Assembly: GCA_010356995.1 (NCBI GenBank)
Contig: ML996705.1
Location: 1 to 64,000 of the forward strand
DNA length: 64,000 nt
Direction: 5' to 3'
Source of the DNA: Trichodelitschia bisporula
Lineage: Eukaryota
Numbering within the stretch: the first letter of the stretch is position 1; each line of letters starts with the position of its first letter. Positions 59,745 to 64,000 of the stretch are shown here, piece after piece. Under the pieces are notes generated by a model. It was given only the letters and a program-made list of their open reading frames with translations. It was not told the DNA's origin and did not search any database. Both the position numbers and the translations under genes were made by a program.

Positions 59745-62251
59745 CTACATCATCATCAACCTCGTCCTCCTCTTCTCCGGCCTCCCCACCCCGGGCGGCG
59801 GACCTAACCACGGCCCTCCCCTCCCTCTGGGCCCGTAACCCCCCCTCCCAGGCCCGGGACTCGGCGCGCGAGCGAACGCATGCCGCTCGCACAACGGCCG
59901 TCCAGCAACTTCAAAGTACTCCCCCCCATCTAGTTTAATCCCACACGTCGCACACGCAAAGCAAGCCGTGTGGAACCTCTCCCTACGATCCGTTTCCAGG
60001 TACGCTCCCTCAATCCCGTGGTTGCACCGCCTGCATAAACTGCCGTTCGCTTCGTGGTAGTGGTGCGCGCAATAGGGTGCGTTGTTATGTACGTAGAACT
60101 CCGAGGTCAGGAAGGGGGCGCGGCAGGTGGTGCAGACGAAGCATTGCTTGTGGTATCGCCCTGGGAGACGCCCGTCTGCTGCTTTGACGGACTTGCCGGT
60201 GATGCCTTCCCCGCAGCCACGGCATTTGCCTCTGCTTGTCGGGGCGGGCGCGGGCGACTTCGCGCGCGTCTCCCACTCGCGGGGAAGAACTGGTGCGGCC
60301 AATGGGGCCGCCGGAGCGGGAGGGGCTGACGGGGCGGGTACTGCACGCTCCATCGGCGCACGGCTGTCGGCGGAGGGCCTTCGTTGGTCTTGGGGCGGCA
60401 GTCGGACGAACATGCCCTGCTGGATGGCGGGGTCGAGCGGCGACTCCTGGGGGTGGAAGTACGCGCCCATTCCCACGCTGCGAGGTGGGGTGAAGACTTC
60501 TGTTATCGGCGGCTCCGGCTGCATGGGCTTCTCGTCCAGTTTTGCCGAGCCTACTGAGCTCTGCGACGATTTCGACCCGTTGGAGATCTTAGATGGACTA
60601 GAGCGCAGGCTGCGTGAATAGTTACTTGAGGCGTTGGAGTCCTTTGCGGAGTGGGTTTTGCGGGGAGGAGACACGCTTTTGCCGGGGAGGGAGGGCCGGC
60701 GCATTTCGTTCGGGGCGCGCTTCGTCTCCCCATTTGAGGTCGACGGGCGGTCTGCGTTCCACGCTGCTCGTGGAGGCATGAATCCATCCGCATCGACCTG
60801 GGGCAGCTTCGGTTCTGCCTGCCTGGAGTCAAGCGAGGAGCCCGACATCCCGAAATGCAAGTCGATTCCCGTATTCGCCATCCCATTCGGCGAAGGGATC
60901 AACGCCTCGGCGGGCACGAGCGGCTTGTCGCCAGCTTGCTTATACGAAAATGGAACGTAAGACGCATCCTGGGGGGTTGTGGGCCGACTATTCGTCCGGC
61001 CATTCATGTATCCAGATCCAAAACTGGCATACGATGCGGTAGGTGACGGTGCGCGAGACTGTGAGTTGGTCTGCTGAGGAAGAAGTTCGGCTCTCGGTGG
61101 ATGTACTGCGGGATCGGAAAGATTATGATGCCTCTCATCTCTCGAGGAGTTGAACTGAAAGTTCGTGTTAAACACTGGTGACCGCTCAGTGTCGCTTTGC
61201 AACGCCTCCAGAAATCGATCCACGTTTTCGTCTGGTCTCGGTGGTCTTGCTGGTGGCGAGCGCCGTTGCTCAGGAGACTTGTTATGCCGCCGTTGCTCCG
61301 GAGACCTGTTCTGGCTCTTCTGGGACCGCTGGGAGTGCGCTGTGGACGGCCGGCGGTCCGATGTGGATGGCCGGCGCTGCTCTAACGGCCGCTGCTCCAA
61401 CGGCTGACGCTGATCCCGCGATGAGGCCCGCGAACTAGTCGAGACATCGCGCTGATGCACCCCCGCCACTTCCAAAGAACGTCCCTGCGTGAACGGTCCT
61501 GGTGCAATGTTGTCCATCCGCTTCATGACATTGGCGCCACCGTTCATGCGCGGTGACACCGGCGCCATCATATAGTCGGATGGCCGCCTCTCGCCAAGCA
61601 TCCCCTGTCCCTGGCTGCTGAGCGAAAAGGCGGAAGGGCTTTTCGCCAGACCGCCAAACGACCCATGCCCAAAATAATCGCTCTCGTGAGGAGAAGGTGG
61701 TGTCGGTGTTCTCGAGATTCCAGGCTGGTGACGGGACTGGAAGGAGCTGGGTGTTGTGATTTGCGTGGAGGGGGTCACGGGTAAGCTGCGGCCGTCGCTG
61801 TTGCTGCTGTAGAAGCTTGCTGGCGTATGCAGCTGTTCGACCTGGAGATACGGCCGGTCTGGTGGTCAGCTGTGTCTCACGGGCCTCTAAGGAGTACTTA
61901 CTCGCTGCCGCAGCGTCAATCCGAGGAGGGGGATTCCGGCCAGGTCGCAAGTAGCCAGGTGACTTGGGGTTCGAGTCGCGCGGCGATGATAATGATCGCT
62001 GTATTCGCGAATCACGGAGGAAGTTGTCGACCTCGTCGGCATTTATCTCAGTCTCCGCACCAAAGGTCGGTGCTGTAGCGGCCTTTGACAGAGGTTCTGC
62101 GCTCGTCAATTACTGTCTCTCAGAACCCAAATGTAAACTTACTTGGGGTACTGCAGATGTGGTCGGCGAGGCTAGCAATCTCAATCTCGTCGCCGCAAGT
62201 CGAGCACTTGATGGACGGCAGCATGCTGGATGCGCGCAGAGTACCCGCCAT
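59745..62251 (-). CDS. Paxillin-like LIM-domain protein
   Basis: Two C-terminal LIM domains (CRGC...HKQCFVCTTC...CAHH; CRRC...HTACFACATC...CERH) and an N-terminal LPSIKCSTCG...DHIC zinc motif. About two introns, near 62100-62143 and 61850-61901. Confidence 0.87.
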
Positions 62252-64000
62252 CACTGCCGATGCCAGACTCGGAGGGTAGTTATCAGAGCGTCATGAATGC
62301 GGTTTCAATGCCTCAGCAGGCGACCAGGCGGTAAGCAGCGGAGATTTGGTACAGCGGATAGAGTGGTGAGTGGGCAAATCGGGTCAAATGGTAAGATCTT
62401 GGATGGGAGCTGTGAATGGCTGGTTAGAGAAATGAGGTTACAGGGCAGCTCTTGGAACTGCCCTATCCGGTTGTCAACCACGCACCTGTTGTAGTGTACA
62501 AGAGACAAGTATTAGGAAGCTAGAGGCAGAAGACACCAAAAGACCAAAAGACCAAAAGATGACGACGAGAACAAGATGAAGATAGAGGGAGAGAAGGAGT
62601 GCACAAACAGATGGAGTCGCAGGTAGTTCCGGAGGGATTGTAGCTAGAGGTTCTGTGGCTTTCATCTCTCCCACCTGCTAGCCACCTGGACCCTGTGTGC
62701 ATCTAAACTTCGATTGGTTTAGCGCGTGGGTGTCGGTTGCGCGAGTTGCTTGGGGTAAGAGGAACAGGGGTGTGCACGGGCGGGTACCTGGGATACTAGT
62801 CCGAAAGCAGGAAAGCCATATGCATTTGGCACGGGAAAAGCTGAGGGACTGTGCGTCGGAGAGACGAGACGGGGGTGAAGAGTCGATACGAGACGAGTCG
62901 AAGCGACAGAGATAGACTCCACATCACTTTCTCTGAAGGAGACTAGAAATCCGGGGAAACAAGCGCTTTGATATCCCGGGAAAATGCAGATGATGCGCAG
63001 CATGCATCTTTGTGCAAACCGTTGATGCAAAAGAAACCAATGCTCAAGAATCGCCCGCCTCAACCTGCCCTACAGTAACCTTCCATTCCACTGATCGAGA
63101 AGATCTGTTGTTGTCGTCGTTCTCCTGTCTTGCGGAGCATTTCAAATCCCCAATCAGCTACGCCGACGCCCCTGATCTACGCCCATTCTTTCCTTTCCAA
63201 TACTTCACCTTCCCCACTGTCTCACGGCACGGCCGACGCCCGACGCCTCTCAGCGGCGCCTCTTTTCTCTTCAAGGCTTCAGGGCTCTTCACGCACACCA
63301 TCAACCCTTCATTCCACGAGCAACCCCACGGAAGAAACATTGCGCCGTACACGATGCTATGGTTGGTGCGTCATGATCTCACAATCCTTTCGCAAGGACA
63401 AGCGGCTTACAACTCACACATCGCGTGCTCCAAACCCACGGGCTTGAGGCGCCTCACGCAACGTCTCGAGTTCCAGGTCGTAAGTGATAGCAATGCTAGG
63501 CATTTTTGCATTGATTCGGCTGCCGCAGCCCACTCCTCCACAGTCTGCCTCTTCTTATCCGCCGGGTTTAGTCACGAGCCCGGAACTCCCCCCGTCGCCG
63601 CCGGCCATCATGGCCATCGTCGTACGGATCTCCGTACACGGTCATCGGTCCAGGGCATGGCCCAGATCACCGTTCGTGTGACACGAGCGCAAGCCCGGCG
63701 CGACCTGCGACTTCGATTTACCCCCACCATCGCCAGTCGTCAACCCTTCAATCGCCCGCCGATGCCTTGCTTGCGACATCCCGATCTTCGACGAAGCGAG
63801 ATCGCGTAACGGAAAGAAAAAGCAAATCCGTGGCCAACTCACTCGCCTGCATCAATGGCTTGAGGAATGCAGCGGGCAGGCCTCGGCGTATCGATCAGCT
63901 GGATTGTCCGGACCACACCGGAACGTCACTTCTAGCCTATTTCTAGCTGCATGCTAAAGACGTCTTCCTGCGACGACATCTCACTCCCTTGCTCGTTTCT

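Noticed and set aside
63012..63809. 265-aa plus-strand ORF
   Set aside because: GTG start, no motifs and no coding-like bias; likely a promoter or UTR region.

Overview
Gene-dense, intron-containing genome of a filamentous ascomycete (Pezizomycotina; Dothideomycetes is only a guess). Conserved genes: cullin-4, a 2OG-Fe(II) dioxygenase, a short kinesin-3, a TRM3-like methyltransferase, RCH1/SLC10A7-like and FLC/TRP-like membrane proteins, Mis13/Dsn1, DOT1, eIF4B, FEX, UPRT, a Cu-only SOD, VPS16, a PTH11-like protein, acetoacetyl-CoA synthetase, a Sam35-like protein and a paxillin-like LIM protein. The most notable accessory element is a five-member family of uncharacterised secreted pre-pro-proteins, fragmented in the ORF track by short introns. 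It lies in two oppositely oriented clusters (1-3028 minus; 18582-23207 plus), and one copy is disrupted by a 233-bp solo LTR and a frameshift. Also present: a DUF3176 pseudogene, decayed tandem copies of a gene with a trypsin-like His/Asp/Ser motif order, an orphan SDS3 fragment, a predicted 3-nt microexon in eIF4B, and a strong C-rich-5'/G-rich-3' gradient within several genes. All gene models were spliced by eye, and family calls rest on recalled motifs, not database searches.
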